Below are positions 10,378 through 19,826 of a stretch of 64,000 nt of DNA, one piece after another. The position numbers were made by a program, and so were the translations under genes. The notes beneath the pieces are model-generated. The model was not told where the DNA came from, ran no database searches, and saw nothing but the letters and a program-made list of their open reading frames with translations. The DNA is from an uncultured Desulfosarcina sp. (lineage in GTDB: Bacteria > Desulfobacterota > Desulfobacteria > Desulfobacterales > Desulfosarcinaceae), in contig CAXXWQ010000003.1 in the NCBI GenBank assembly GCA_963674945.2, positions 2,368,001 through 2,432,000 of the forward strand, read 5' to 3'. How positions within the stretch are numbered: position 1 is the stretch's first letter; every line of letters starts with the position of its first letter.

Positions 10378-10451
10378 AAATTCATATTCAACCCAATGAA
10401 GGCCCTGTCATCGCAAGGTGATGGGGCTTTCTATTTTTATGGAGGCAAACC

Positions 10452-10643
10452 ATGACCAAAGAGGAAAAAGAACGCTACAACGAGCCTGAATTGTTGGGAG
10501 ACATACTGAAACGAGTACTGGACGGAAAGAAATTTCGACTGGAGTGCGGCCATTATGTGACCTTTGGCCACCATCTGGGAAACGATGTGACCATTCGCAA
10601 CGGGAAAAAATACAAGATCATATGCAGCCAGTGTGGATATTAA
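10452..10643 (+). CDS. Small zinc-binding hypothetical protein
   Basis: GGAGG RBS; LECGH...ICSQCGY. Confidence 0.7.
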   Translation: MTKEEKERYNEPELLGDILKRVLDGKKFRLECGHYVTFGHHLGNDVTIRNGKKYKIICSQCGY

Positions 10644-10668
10644 TCCGCCAGCAAGAAAGGAGATTGTT

Positions 10669-10845
10669 ATGGATGATTTTTTTGACGACTATGACGGTGA
10701 AGGATTGGAGTGGCAAGATTGGATGATCATTGGACCTCTCTCTGAGGACATCGCTCGTGAAAAGCGAGACATAGAGAGAACCCGAAGGGAATGGGATGAT
10801 GAGGAGGACGATGATTATTGGGGCATCATTAACAGGCGTTGGTAA
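10669..10845 (+). CDS. Small highly acidic hypothetical protein
   Basis: AAGGAG RBS before ATG 10669; MDDFFDDYDGEG...WDDEEDDDYW. Confidence 0.6.
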   Translation: MDDFFDDYDGEGLEWQDWMIIGPLSEDIAREKRDIERTRREWDDEEDDDYWGIINRRW

Positions 10846-10880
10846 CAATGAACTGACAGCCGAATCAGAAAGGCATAAGC

Positions 10881-11306
10881 ATGACATCGACTGCAATTGA
10901 AAGGATCATATGCCCGGCATGCGGTTTCCGTCAGGAATTCCAATTTTATGAATCCATCAACGCCCTTGAAGATCCCGGTATGGTGGAAAAACTGTTCGCC
11001 GGCGAAATAAATTTATTCATCTGCGCCAGTTGCGGCCACAAGGTCATAGTTGAGGTTCCACTTCTTTACAACGACATAAGGATGGGACTGAAGATTCAAT
11101 ATTTTCCATCCGTCTGGCTTGAGGAAAAACCAGAAAGGGTGTGCAAACAGTATATTGAGATGCTATCCACACTGAAAGCCTTCCGGGATGATTTCGGCTT
11201 CATGACCGAATCGATGAGGAATCAAACCATCCACGTCGTCTCTTCAATGGAAGAGATGGTCGCTCAAATCAAGTTCCGAACACACCTCCATAAACAAAGC
11301 GGTTGA
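10881..11306 (+). CDS. CpXC domain protein
   Basis: ICPACG..Q...YESINA..DP...FICASCG..PLLYND. Confidence 0.8.
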   Translation: MTSTAIERIICPACGFRQEFQFYESINALEDPGMVEKLFAGEINLFICASCGHKVIVEVPLLYNDIRMGLKIQYFPSVWLEEKPERVCKQYIEMLSTLKAFRDDFGFMTESMRNQTIHVVSSMEEMVAQIKFRTHLHKQSG

Positions 11307-11314
11307 ACAATCGA

Positions 11315-11332
11315 TTGGACAGCGCTGTCCAA
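11315..11332. repeat. Perfect palindrome TTGGACAGCGCTGTCCAA, copy 2
   Basis: Identical to 2992 and 35202. Confidence 0.95.
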
Positions 11333-11342
11333 AATGGCGGTC

Positions 11343-11421
11343 CGTCCAAAGCATCGTCCGGCTCAACTTATTGGATATTATGCCGATAGTTGAGACTGGA
11401 CGGTTGGACTGTTATAGCCAC
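11343..11421. repeat. ~80-bp CGTCC/GGACG hairpin repeat, copy A
   Basis: Homologous to 17141-17224 (CGTCCG.CTCAAC...ATAGTTG.G.CTGGACGGTTGGAC...AGCCAC). Confidence 0.85.
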
Positions 11422-11526
11422 AAACATCTTACCGTTGCGAAACGGCAATATGAATTGTTATCCGTCGTCCCTTTTATAGCGCCCCCTGGTGACACATAGA
11501 AAACAGATTCAACGAGGATTATTCAA

Positions 11527-13614
11527 ATGAATCAAACTCACTTCAACAAAGATGTATTTTTCAAGTGTAACCATTGTGGAATTACTATGAAGGAGTCCGA
11601 TTTTTCAATAAGTTTGTTTCTGTACGGTGGCATATTCCTTCATGGAAAGGATGACGGCTATTTGGGCATTACATGTGCCAATCCAGAATGCAAAAAGACC
11701 GTTTTAAAACCGATAGATATCTGGGCTCTCAACAACCTGAAAGAGTCTTTGTTTATCGATGAATTGAGATATGATGCTGACAAAAACCCAAGATTTAAAT
11801 ATCGCGCTTTTCCTTACTTCATAAAACCTTTTGGTGAAGCTAAAGAATGGCTGGCTGATTCTAAGAGATATAACTTGAAAGATGTTGTAAATTGTATCGA
11901 TCATGATGAGCACTTGTCTGCCGAAATTCCGTCCGGGTATTATTCCAGCATCTCCCACAGTGATTTTGCCCTTGGTCCCGCCATCGCCTTATATTGGTAT
12001 GAGCGTAAACATTTAAATCAACTCCTACAGCTCGAAAATGAATCCAATATCAGAGTATTCCCGCGCTTCGTTATTGACGACCCGTTAATCCAGTCCATTG
12101 ATGATTTGTGTTGGGACTATGAACTGGCAATGGATTTCTATATGGAAATGAAGCTTCTTATTCCCATCTATGACGTTCGAGAATCCATTTCGAAGCAGAG
12201 GATTACAAAAAATTTTGATTTCTTAAATATATTGGATATGCGGCATAACAGGGATATCTATGCCACCTTGCCAGAATCTGGAGGTTTTACGGTCTTTAAT
12301 TGGGGGCCTGTATCAAATATCGCCAGGCAGTCGGATGGTGCACCCCATCATGCCATCGAAAACCAAGCGCCGAATCCTAAACTGCCACCTCATGATCTGA
12401 TGTGTTCAACTCTTTGGGAAAACTATGAAAAGCAATACATTCAAGATCTGTTGGATAAGATGTCGACTGACTTCATCATAAAATACATCAAAATAAATAA
12501 GGAACCCAATTTTACCTATAATGACGCCTGGTCTTTGAAACAAGAATATCTTAAGGAGATTTATGATTATATCATTTCCAGGAAGAAACGACCCGCAATC
12601 AAGGATAGGTTATCGAAATCGACACAAGAATCAATGAACAAGATTGATCAACAATGCCCAGCATTCAAGAGCATCGTATCAGTAGACAAAGAAATATATG
12701 AAATCAAAAAGAAATTTATCAAACTTTCCAGTAGCAGTAGCATAGATCGAGCCTTCGATATACTTCTGTTGGGCGAAAGCGGTACTGGGAAGGAGTTATT
12801 TGCCCATGCATATCATGAGCAAACTCGACCTGGAAAACCCTTCGTACCAGTGAACTGTGGTTCCATTTCCCATGACCTTTTTGAATCCTTGTTTTTCGGA
12901 CATTCAAAGGGTTCATTCACAGGCGCTAAAACAGACAAAGCCGGACATTTCCAGGAGGCCGATGGTGGCACTCTTTTTCTTGATGAAATCGGTGAACTTG
13001 AATTGAGCCATCAACCTCGGTTTTTAAGGGTTTTAGAAACGAGAGAAATACAGCCAGTTGGAGGAAATTTAAAGAAATTAGATTTTCAGATTGTTTTTGC
13101 TACAAACCGGGATCTATACAAACGAGTACAGAAGAATGAATTCCGAGAAGATCTCTATCATCGGATCAATCGTTTTCCTTTTACAATACCGCCGTTGAGA
13201 CAGCGAAGACGCGACATTCCATTGCTAATTGATTATTTTGTTAAAGGCTTTTACAACGGAAAGTCAAAGGATGTTAGTATATTGTCAATTTTTACAGATG
13301 AATTTCTGGATGTCTTGTCCAATTACGATTGGCCTGGCAACGTCCGGGAATTGAAAAATGAAATCGAAAGGATTTTGGTTCTTCGACCTGATGATGACAA
13401 GCCTATCGACGTTTCCAACCTATCCGATATTATACGAAATCCACCAGATCGTGGAAAAAGGATCATTAAACCAAAAGGTCGTAAAAGACATCCTGGTAAG
13501 GAGGTCCTGCTTCAAATGAAAAGGGATGGCCTCACACACCAAGAAGTTGCCAACGAGTTCGGAGTGGCCAGAGAAACAGTGACGCGATGGTATTCTGCCA
13601 TGAAGACCAATTGA
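11527..13614 (+). CDS. Sigma54-dependent enhancer-binding protein with unrecognised N-terminal domain and C-terminal HTH
   Basis: GESGTGKE, ESLFFGHSKGSFTGA, GTLFLDEIGEL, FREDLYHR, WPGNVREL; N-terminal CNHC...CANPEC. Confidence 0.92.
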   Translation: MNQTHFNKDVFFKCNHCGITMKESDFSISLFLYGGIFLHGKDDGYLGITCANPECKKTVLKPIDIWALNNLKESLFIDELRYDADKNPRFKYRAFPYFIKPFGEAKEWLADSKRYNLKDVVNCIDHDEHLSAEIPSGYYSSISHSDFALGPAIALYWYERKHLNQLLQLENESNIRVFPRFVIDDPLIQSIDDLCWDYELAMDFYMEMKLLIPIYDVRESISKQRITKNFDFLNILDMRHNRDIYATLPESGGFTVFNWGPVSNIARQSDGAPHHAIENQAPNPKLPPHDLMCSTLWENYEKQYIQDLLDKMSTDFIIKYIKINKEPNFTYNDAWSLKQEYLKEIYDYIISRKKRPAIKDRLSKSTQESMNKIDQQCPAFKSIVSVDKEIYEIKKKFIKLSSSSSIDRAFDILLLGESGTGKELFAHAYHEQTRPGKPFVPVNCGSISHDLFESLFFGHSKGSFTGAKTDKAGHFQEADGGTLFLDEIGELELSHQPRFLRVLETREIQPVGGNLKKLDFQIVFATNRDLYKRVQKNEFREDLYHRINRFPFTIPPLRQRRRDIPLLIDYFVKGFYNGKSKDVSILSIFTDEFLDVLSNYDWPGNVRELKNEIERILVLRPDDDKPIDVSNLSDIIRNPPDRGKRIIKPKGRKRHPGKEVLLQMKRDGLTHQEVANEFGVARETVTRWYSAMKTN

Positions 13615-13723
13615 TATAGTTTAAAGTCAGATCCCTACTATATTTTACCTTCAACATCTACTCTCCTCACTTTTCAATCAACACCATTCAAGTAAGCTAA
13701 GATTACATCCAAGAAGTATAAAC

Positions 13724-13777
13724 GTGATGTGATGTTAATGTGATGATCACATGATGTTTGCGTGAAGATCACATCAC
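13724..13777. promoter_or_regulatory. Candidate upstream activator sequence
   Basis: GTGATGTGAT (13724) / ATCACATCAC (13768) perfect inverted repeat enclosing the palindrome ATGTGAT-G-ATCACAT (13738-13752). Confidence 0.65.
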
Positions 13778-13850
13778 TTGATGCTAGTAAAAAATATTAT
13801 AATTAAGTTTTATCAATTAGATATGAATTTATGAATCGTTTCCATGATCA

Positions 13851-13867
13851 TTGGTACAGTCAGTGCT
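13851..13867 (+). promoter_or_regulatory. Candidate sigma54 -24/-12 promoter
   Basis: TTGGTACAGTCAGTGCT: GG (13853-54) and GC (13865-66) exactly 10 nt apart. Confidence 0.65.
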
Positions 13868-13962
13868 CTACTACCTGCATGTTTCGCGAATCTCAGCGTT
13901 AAAGGAGGATAAAGATAGGCCGCTTAGCGAAACGACTAACACTTTAACTTAGGAGGTAGATC

Positions 13963-16059
13963 ATGGAACCTATGGTATTCGGAATTCTTTTTATTCTTTG
14001 GATGGAAACGACGCTATCCTATTTTTATAGGATCGTCACAGGTAGTCCCGTTCCAACACTTCTCAGATATCGTATCTCTTTTATGGTTGTCTGGGTTGCA
14101 TTGGTTTGGAGTGGGAGCCAAGCGGACCCTACCCCCGATAATCCTACCATTTATAAATTCACTTTCGAGACCTCCAGGCCATGCGTCTGCACTCCGCAAT
14201 TAAAAAGGAGAATTATTATGCAAGACGTATCACAGATTGGAACCACCCAGGCAATCAATCACAATGGCAATGGCAATGGCTTTACAGAAGCCCAGAATAA
14301 CAACCATGACCTCTTGTCCACTGGAGCCGATGCGAGTGAACAGCTACTTCTCCCGGCGCCGGAGCGATTATCTCCTTCGAGAGATGATGACCAGGCAGAT
14401 ATTCCGCCTGAGATGATGGGGGCAGGAAAGTCTCATGATGAACCGGAGCAGAACGAAGCGGAACAGTCTTCAACCACAGGTCCCTCGTTGACGCGGGTGG
14501 ATGCTCCAGTCGAGATAGCAGCTGATATTCCTCATGAGCCTGATCAAACTGGTCAACATAACGGAAAGGAACCTTTGCTGGCCGTAAAAAGAAATAAAGC
14601 CGAGATCGCCATAGTTTTAATGAACAGAAAAGCTTCCTTCTTCCAAACCCCAGAAGGCGATACTTATGCAGAAATCCGATTGGAAGATCATCACGAAGTA
14701 TGGTCGACCAGGAGCAAGGAATTCGAATTGTTTCTTAGGTACGAATTCTATCAGGCAACGCAGGCGGCTTTGAAGAAAACTGATCTTATGCTGACCATTT
14801 TGCACGCCGAAACCGTGGCAATGTTCGATGGTCTGAAACAGGAAGTCGGTCTGAGGATTACCAGACATGGTAACGCGATCTATATCGACCTTTGCAACCC
14901 TAAATGGCAGCAGATCGAAATTACCCCTGTCCGCTGGAGGGTCATTGAAATGAAGGCTTCTCCAGTCAGGTTCAGGCGCTCCAAGGGAATGCTTGCCCTG
15001 CCCCACCCCGAGCGCAATGGCGATCTCAATCACATTAGGAACCTGTTGAACCTTGACAACGACAGCAACTTTATCCTGGTCGCCTCCTATCTGATCGGTG
15101 CAATGAATCCATCTGGACCGTTTCCGATCCTCATTATTCAAGGCGAACAGGGTTCCGGTAAATCCACCCTTACCAATTGCATTCGGAATTTGCTCGATCC
15201 TTCGAGCGTACCATCCCGGACATTGCCTAGAACGGAACGAGACTTGGCGATCTCAGCCGAGGCTTCACGGTTGCTTTGCTACGACAACGTTTCCGGCATC
15301 AAAGATACCATGTCAGATGCCTTCTGCCGCATAGCAACGGGTGGTGGTTTTGGCACTCGTACCCTTTACAAGGATAAGTCCGAGGAGTTGTTCAACTCCA
15401 CCCGGCCGATGCTCTTCAACGGGATCTCGGACCTGGTCGTAAAGCATGACTTCGCCGACCGGGCGTTGGTCGTAACGCTTCCGCTGATTAAAGCAGATAA
15501 TCGACGCTCCATGGCCGAAATTAAAAGGGATTGGCACTCCATCAAACCTTATGCATTAGGTGCAATCTGCGATGCCGTCAAGGAGGCGTTGAGTAATCAT
15601 GAGGATGTGCGCTTGGACCGATCTCCCCGAATGGCCGACTTTACCAAGTGGGTCGTGGCGGCCGAACCGGTCCTACCTTGGGAACGGGGTCGATTCATGG
15701 CGGAATATGAGAAAAATCGTTTCGAACTGATCGAAGTCGCCATCGAATCCGACCCGATATCCCTGGCGATTGTGGAGATGATGGACCGACTGGATGTCAA
15801 AAAGTGGGTCGGTACACCTACACAACTGCTCAAGGACCTCGCTGGTTATGTCCCCAACAACGGTGCCAACAAAAAGGGCTGGCCACAGGCACCGAACATT
15901 TTTACCAACCGCCTCCGTCGTGTTCAGACCTTTCTGCGGGCCATGGGAATCGAGGTCGAGCATACCAAATCCGGTAAGCGCCTCATCCGCCTGTGGAAGC
16001 GGGACGCAGAGAACAGTGAGCCCGCTGAACGCGAAAAGCTACATCTCGCGGCTGGATGA
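13963..16059 (+). CDS. P-loop ATPase, probable SF3-type replicative helicase of the element
   Basis: ILIIQGEQGSGKST, LCYDNVS, RTLY, LFNGI, DFADRA, PRMADF; second in-frame start with RBS at 14218. Confidence 0.78.
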   Translation: MEPMVFGILFILWMETTLSYFYRIVTGSPVPTLLRYRISFMVVWVALVWSGSQADPTPDNPTIYKFTFETSRPCVCTPQLKRRIIMQDVSQIGTTQAINHNGNGNGFTEAQNNNHDLLSTGADASEQLLLPAPERLSPSRDDDQADIPPEMMGAGKSHDEPEQNEAEQSSTTGPSLTRVDAPVEIAADIPHEPDQTGQHNGKEPLLAVKRNKAEIAIVLMNRKASFFQTPEGDTYAEIRLEDHHEVWSTRSKEFELFLRYEFYQATQAALKKTDLMLTILHAETVAMFDGLKQEVGLRITRHGNAIYIDLCNPKWQQIEITPVRWRVIEMKASPVRFRRSKGMLALPHPERNGDLNHIRNLLNLDNDSNFILVASYLIGAMNPSGPFPILIIQGEQGSGKSTLTNCIRNLLDPSSVPSRTLPRTERDLAISAEASRLLCYDNVSGIKDTMSDAFCRIATGGGFGTRTLYKDKSEELFNSTRPMLFNGISDLVVKHDFADRALVVTLPLIKADNRRSMAEIKRDWHSIKPYALGAICDAVKEALSNHEDVRLDRSPRMADFTKWVVAAEPVLPWERGRFMAEYEKNRFELIEVAIESDPISLAIVEMMDRLDVKKWVGTPTQLLKDLAGYVPNNGANKKGWPQAPNIFTNRLRRVQTFLRAMGIEVEHTKSGKRLIRLWKRDAENSEPAEREKLHLAAG

Positions 16060-16133
16060 TGGAGGCATAGGATGAACTCGCTATGTCTTCACACTAAGAT
16101 GATGAATTTTGAATTCATCATCGCTTTGTCGAA

Positions 16134-16171
16134 AGCCCTGCCGGTGCAATCCGGCGGGGCTCTACTTTTTT
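16134..16171 (+). terminator. Terminator-like hairpin
   Basis: AGCCCTGCCGG/CCGGCGGGGCT followed by a T-run. Confidence 0.6.
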
Positions 16172-16226
16172 CCATTGGATTCACGCTTGATTCGCGATCC
16201 TCTCAATTACCCAAAAGGAGAATTCT

Positions 16227-17132
16227 ATGAAGACTGAACAGATTTCCGTTTTTCCGATTGTTGAAGATAGCCAAGAATCCTGCAGTCAACCTCGCGAGCC
16301 GAAAGGTCTGAGCCAGATCAATCCCAAAGGTCGAAGCTCGCTGATCATCAACAACGATGCCGGCGAGGTGTGCGCAGCCACTTCCTCGCTAATTGTTTCC
16401 GCCAGCCGCAAGACGGATCTTCCGGCGCATCACAGCGACTGGTTCATGGAGCGACTGAGGCGGGGACACCTGATGGTCAATTTCCCGGCCAAAAGGTACA
16501 TCTCATTTGCCCGGACTCGCCTATTCGTGTTCTGGACCAAGAACCCGCAGCCCCTGATGCAGCACCTGGATGAGATTGATGCCATGGGTATCAACTACTA
16601 CTTCCAGTTCACTCTCAACGATTATGAGCAGGAAGGCCTGGAGCCCAATGTACCGCCCCTGGCTAAACGCATCGATACGTTCAAGAGGCTTTCGGACCGG
16701 ATCGGCAGGGAGAAGGTCATCTGGCGCTTCGACCCTTTGGTACTAACCGATACCATCGACAGGCATCGTCTCATCGAAAAGGTCGGATCGCTAATGCAGT
16801 CCCTGGCAGGTTATACCGAGAAAATGGTCTTCAGCTTTCTTAATCCGGCCGCACACAAAAAGGCTGAACGCAAGCTCAGGAAGGCCGGTATTAACGCCAA
16901 AGGCTTTTCGGATGACGAGAAAGCCTATTTGGCCTGGCACATCGCGGAGATGGCCGCAGAAAACGGTATTCAAGCTGCCGCCTGTGCCGAGGGAATGGAT
17001 TTGTCACCCTTTGGTATAGCCCGGAACAAATGTATCGATGACGGGCTTATCCGGCGGCTTTTCAGCCACAATCAGGTGCCAATGGTGAAAAATGATGTTT
17101 GTACCGCCAGCGGCATCCTGATCTCTCTCTGA
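16227..17132 (+). pseudogene. DUF1848 family protein, probably C-terminally truncated
   Basis: IVSASRKTDLPA, VFWTKNP, WRFDP, NKCID; ends without the Cys-rich C-terminal motif I recall for the family, next to repeat copy B. Confidence 0.7.
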
Positions 17133-17140
17133 CCCCGCAT

Positions 17141-17224
17141 CGTCCATAATAACCGTCCGACTCAACGTGTTGGAAATTCAGCCAATAGTTGGGCCTGGAC
17201 GGTTGGACGATGGTTTGCAGCCAC
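17141..17224. repeat. ~80-bp CGTCC/GGACG hairpin repeat, copy B
   Basis: Direct repeat of 11343-11421. Confidence 0.85.
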
Positions 17225-17386
17225 TTTTTTTCAATCCCACCGGAAAACTCGTTTCCAACGATAAACTTCCATCAGAACGGATAAGTTATTTTGATCATTG
17301 ACACAATTGCTGACCAACGATTATCCTACACGAAACTTCCCACCCTATATTTCGCAAGAGAAATGATTGCCAGGAGCGCAGAACGC

Positions 17387-17662
17387 ATGAACAAGATTGA
17401 ATTGATCCAAGCCTTGAAAGACGCCAATGGTCTGTCCAGAATTGAGGCCGAATCGGTCGTGAATCTTTTCTTCAACACAATATCAGATGCATTGGCCAAA
17501 GGTGACCGTGTCGAAATCCGTGGTCTCTGTTCCATGTTTGTGAAGGATTACAAGTCTTATACCGGGCGTAATCCCAAAACCGGTGAACGAGTCAAAATCA
17601 AACCGAAGAAGCTGCCTTTTTTTAAGGCCGGGAAGGAACTGAAGGAGCGGGTGGATCGGTAA
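17387..17662 (+). CDS. ihfB: Integration host factor beta / HU family protein
   Basis: GDRVEIRG, GRNPKTG, FKAGKELKERV; AGGAG RBS before 17387. Confidence 0.88.
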   Translation: MNKIELIQALKDANGLSRIEAESVVNLFFNTISDALAKGDRVEIRGLCSMFVKDYKSYTGRNPKTGERVKIKPKKLPFFKAGKELKERVDR

Positions 17663-18022
17663 GCAGCAATGGCTTTTTTTTTAATGAAAGGACTGGCGAT
17701 TACTCAATCTATTTGCATTTCTACAAAATTTGGGTCTAGGTATTGATATCAGTAAGTGTGTATAAGATCCTGACGCTTGGGATAGATCGACAAACATGCA
17801 ATAATCAGCGAAAAAGGGCTGGCACAATATATTGTGTATGACCGTCGTTTTCTATCGGTTTAACCGATTCCAGCGATAAAATGGAAATCTCAAGTTTTAT
17901 TAACCCTTATTTTAAGGAAACAATCTGCCCCGTACATCTGTCATCTTAAAGTATGTTTAATGCTGTGCGAGCTACTTTTTCTATAGTATTAGTGCCCGAA
18001 GGCTATCTTGCCATAATTTCTG

Positions 18023-18868
18023 CTATGCATATTTCATTGCATACCCAGGAATCGTCCCGGGCCGGGCCGTTTCAATGGCCTTAGCTGTCCCTTTGGCACT
18101 GGCCTCAATGGCTTTTTCTATCGGCATGCTGTTAAGGGCGTTGACGATTGCGTTGTTTGTTTCTCCAGGGACAAGTAGTGGCTGCTTGCCAAGCGCCTCC
18201 AACGCCAGCCGTGTCACCTCTTCCGGACTCATCAAGTTATCGAGGAACTGCTCACGCTTTAATCCGGCCGTAGTGATCGCATCTGTATCCGTGGCGCCAG
18301 GAGCCAATACCAGCAGGTCGACGCCGGTGCCTTCCAGTTCGCCATAGAGAGCAAAGCCGAGATGGTGCACGAAGGCCTTGCTCGCTCCGTAGACGGCAGA
18401 CCACGGAGCTGGTATCTCACCTTCCATGGATCCCACAAGAATGATTCCGCCATGGCCACGCTTCTTTAGACGTGGTAGCAGTTTGTACATCAGCAACAAT
18501 GGCACTCGGGTAACGACGTAGAAGGCAGCCATCACCCGATCGAGGGGGAATGACTCGAATTCGCCCTTGAGGCCCCATCCAGCGTTGCTGATGACAAGAC
18601 CCAAATCCTTATCGCCAATGGCGGAGATGGTCCGATCAACCGCATCTTCCTGAGCCAGATCGACCTGTACGAGTTCGATCTCGATCTTGTGCTGGATAAC
18701 CAACTCGTCGCGTAGTTTCTCCATCGGCGCCAAATTGATATCCACCATGATTAAGTTGAATCCGTCGGCGGCAAGATGGTGGGCGTAGCATACCCCCTGG
18801 CCGCCAGCAGCTCCCGTGACCAATGCCCATGGGCCATACGTAGCAATGTCAATCGCCATGGCTTTCAT
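18023..18868 (-). CDS. SDR family oxidoreductase
   Basis: VTGAAGGQG, NAG, YGASK. Confidence 0.92.
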   Translation of the reverse strand: MKAMAIDIATYGPWALVTGAAGGQGVCYAHHLAADGFNLIMVDINLAPMEKLRDELVIQHKIEIELVQVDLAQEDAVDRTISAIGDKDLGLVISNAGWGLKGEFESFPLDRVMAAFYVVTRVPLLLMYKLLPRLKKRGHGGIILVGSMEGEIPAPWSAVYGASKAFVHHLGFALYGELEGTGVDLLVLAPGATDTDAITTAGLKREQFLDNLMSPEEVTRLALEALGKQPLLVPGETNNAIVNALNSMPIEKAIEASAKGTAKAIETARPGTIPGYAMKYA

Positions 18869-18913
18869 ACCTCCGTGTTGATTGTATCCTCTGTGATCTT
18901 ACCTGGCAAAGTC

Positions 18914-19738
18914 TTACCCGTCGAGTTCGGCAAGCATGCGTCGAGTGGTTTCAACTGCGGGAACCATATGATCATAAGGCGATATTCCGGCTTCGGCCTT
19001 GGACACGCTAGGTATCTCCAGACCGATGACAATATCGCGTGGTAGCGCAGAAAGAATTTCACTCAAGGGAAACTCTCCCAAGCCAGGCAGCAACCGCTCT
19101 GAACTTGCCTCTAATAAATAGTTCTCCATAGCAGGGACAATTGTCGCATCGCAGAAGTGCGCATACCCGATCATCTTGGGATCGAGGGCTGCCAAATCGG
19201 CCGCTCCACTTCCACTACGAACCAGATGCATCATGTCGATTAACAGACGGCAACTGGGTCGCCCTACATATTGTACTGCAGCGACAGCACTGGCAAGGTC
19301 GGGAAGCGCCGTCACCGGTGCGAATTCGACAACCACTTCGAGGCCAATAGCATCGGCCATATCTACAAGCTTGGACAGCTGATCGAAAGTACGGTCACGA
19401 TCTGGCTCGAAGCTCACAATATTTAGGATAGGGTCGCCGAGTTCCTTGGCAATTTCGAGGTCACCAGAAAGGCTCTCCACATCGACTCCTGGCCGAAGGA
19501 CCAGGAAGCCATCAATCAGCGAGGCGGAGATGCCCTTATCGCGCATCATAGTGATCATATCTTGCCTGAGGGAGGCGTCGTCTCTGAGCGAGCTTTGCGG
19601 GTAGTTGTATGGATTGATGGGCCCTGGCGAGTTTAACCAGATACTGATGTGCTGGCACCCGAGCTTAGCTACCAGATCGACCGCCTGAAGCGGTGGCATC
19701 CCCAAATGACTGTTAGGTTCGATTGCGATTCTTTCCAA
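18914..19738 (-). CDS. Sugar-phosphate isomerase/epimerase (AP endonuclease 2 TIM barrel)
   Basis: VVEF, LIDMMH, HFCD, RLLPGLGEFPL, GLEIP. Confidence 0.85.
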   Translation of the reverse strand: MERIAIEPNSHLGMPPLQAVDLVAKLGCQHISIWLNSPGPINPYNYPQSSLRDDASLRQDMITMMRDKGISASLIDGFLVLRPGVDVESLSGDLEIAKELGDPILNIVSFEPDRDRTFDQLSKLVDMADAIGLEVVVEFAPVTALPDLASAVAAVQYVGRPSCRLLIDMMHLVRSGSGAADLAALDPKMIGYAHFCDATIVPAMENYLLEASSERLLPGLGEFPLSEILSALPRDIVIGLEIPSVSKAEAGISPYDHMVPAVETTRRMLAELDG

Positions 19739-19826
19739 TAGACGAATCCTCCATAAAATGACTTTCCCATTGTTGGATCGAAAAGTGAAGTTGGTTAATT
19801 CAAAGATGTCGGGTGCAAATAATTAA

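Noticed and set aside
13811..13823. IHF site TATCAATTAGATA between the enhancer and promoter
   Set aside because: Matches WATCAA but not the TTR part; too weak in AT-rich DNA to list as a feature.
17820..17836. Other sigma54-like motifs (also near 32824 and 35671)
   Set aside because: TGGCA is present but there is no GC at the required 10-nt spacing.
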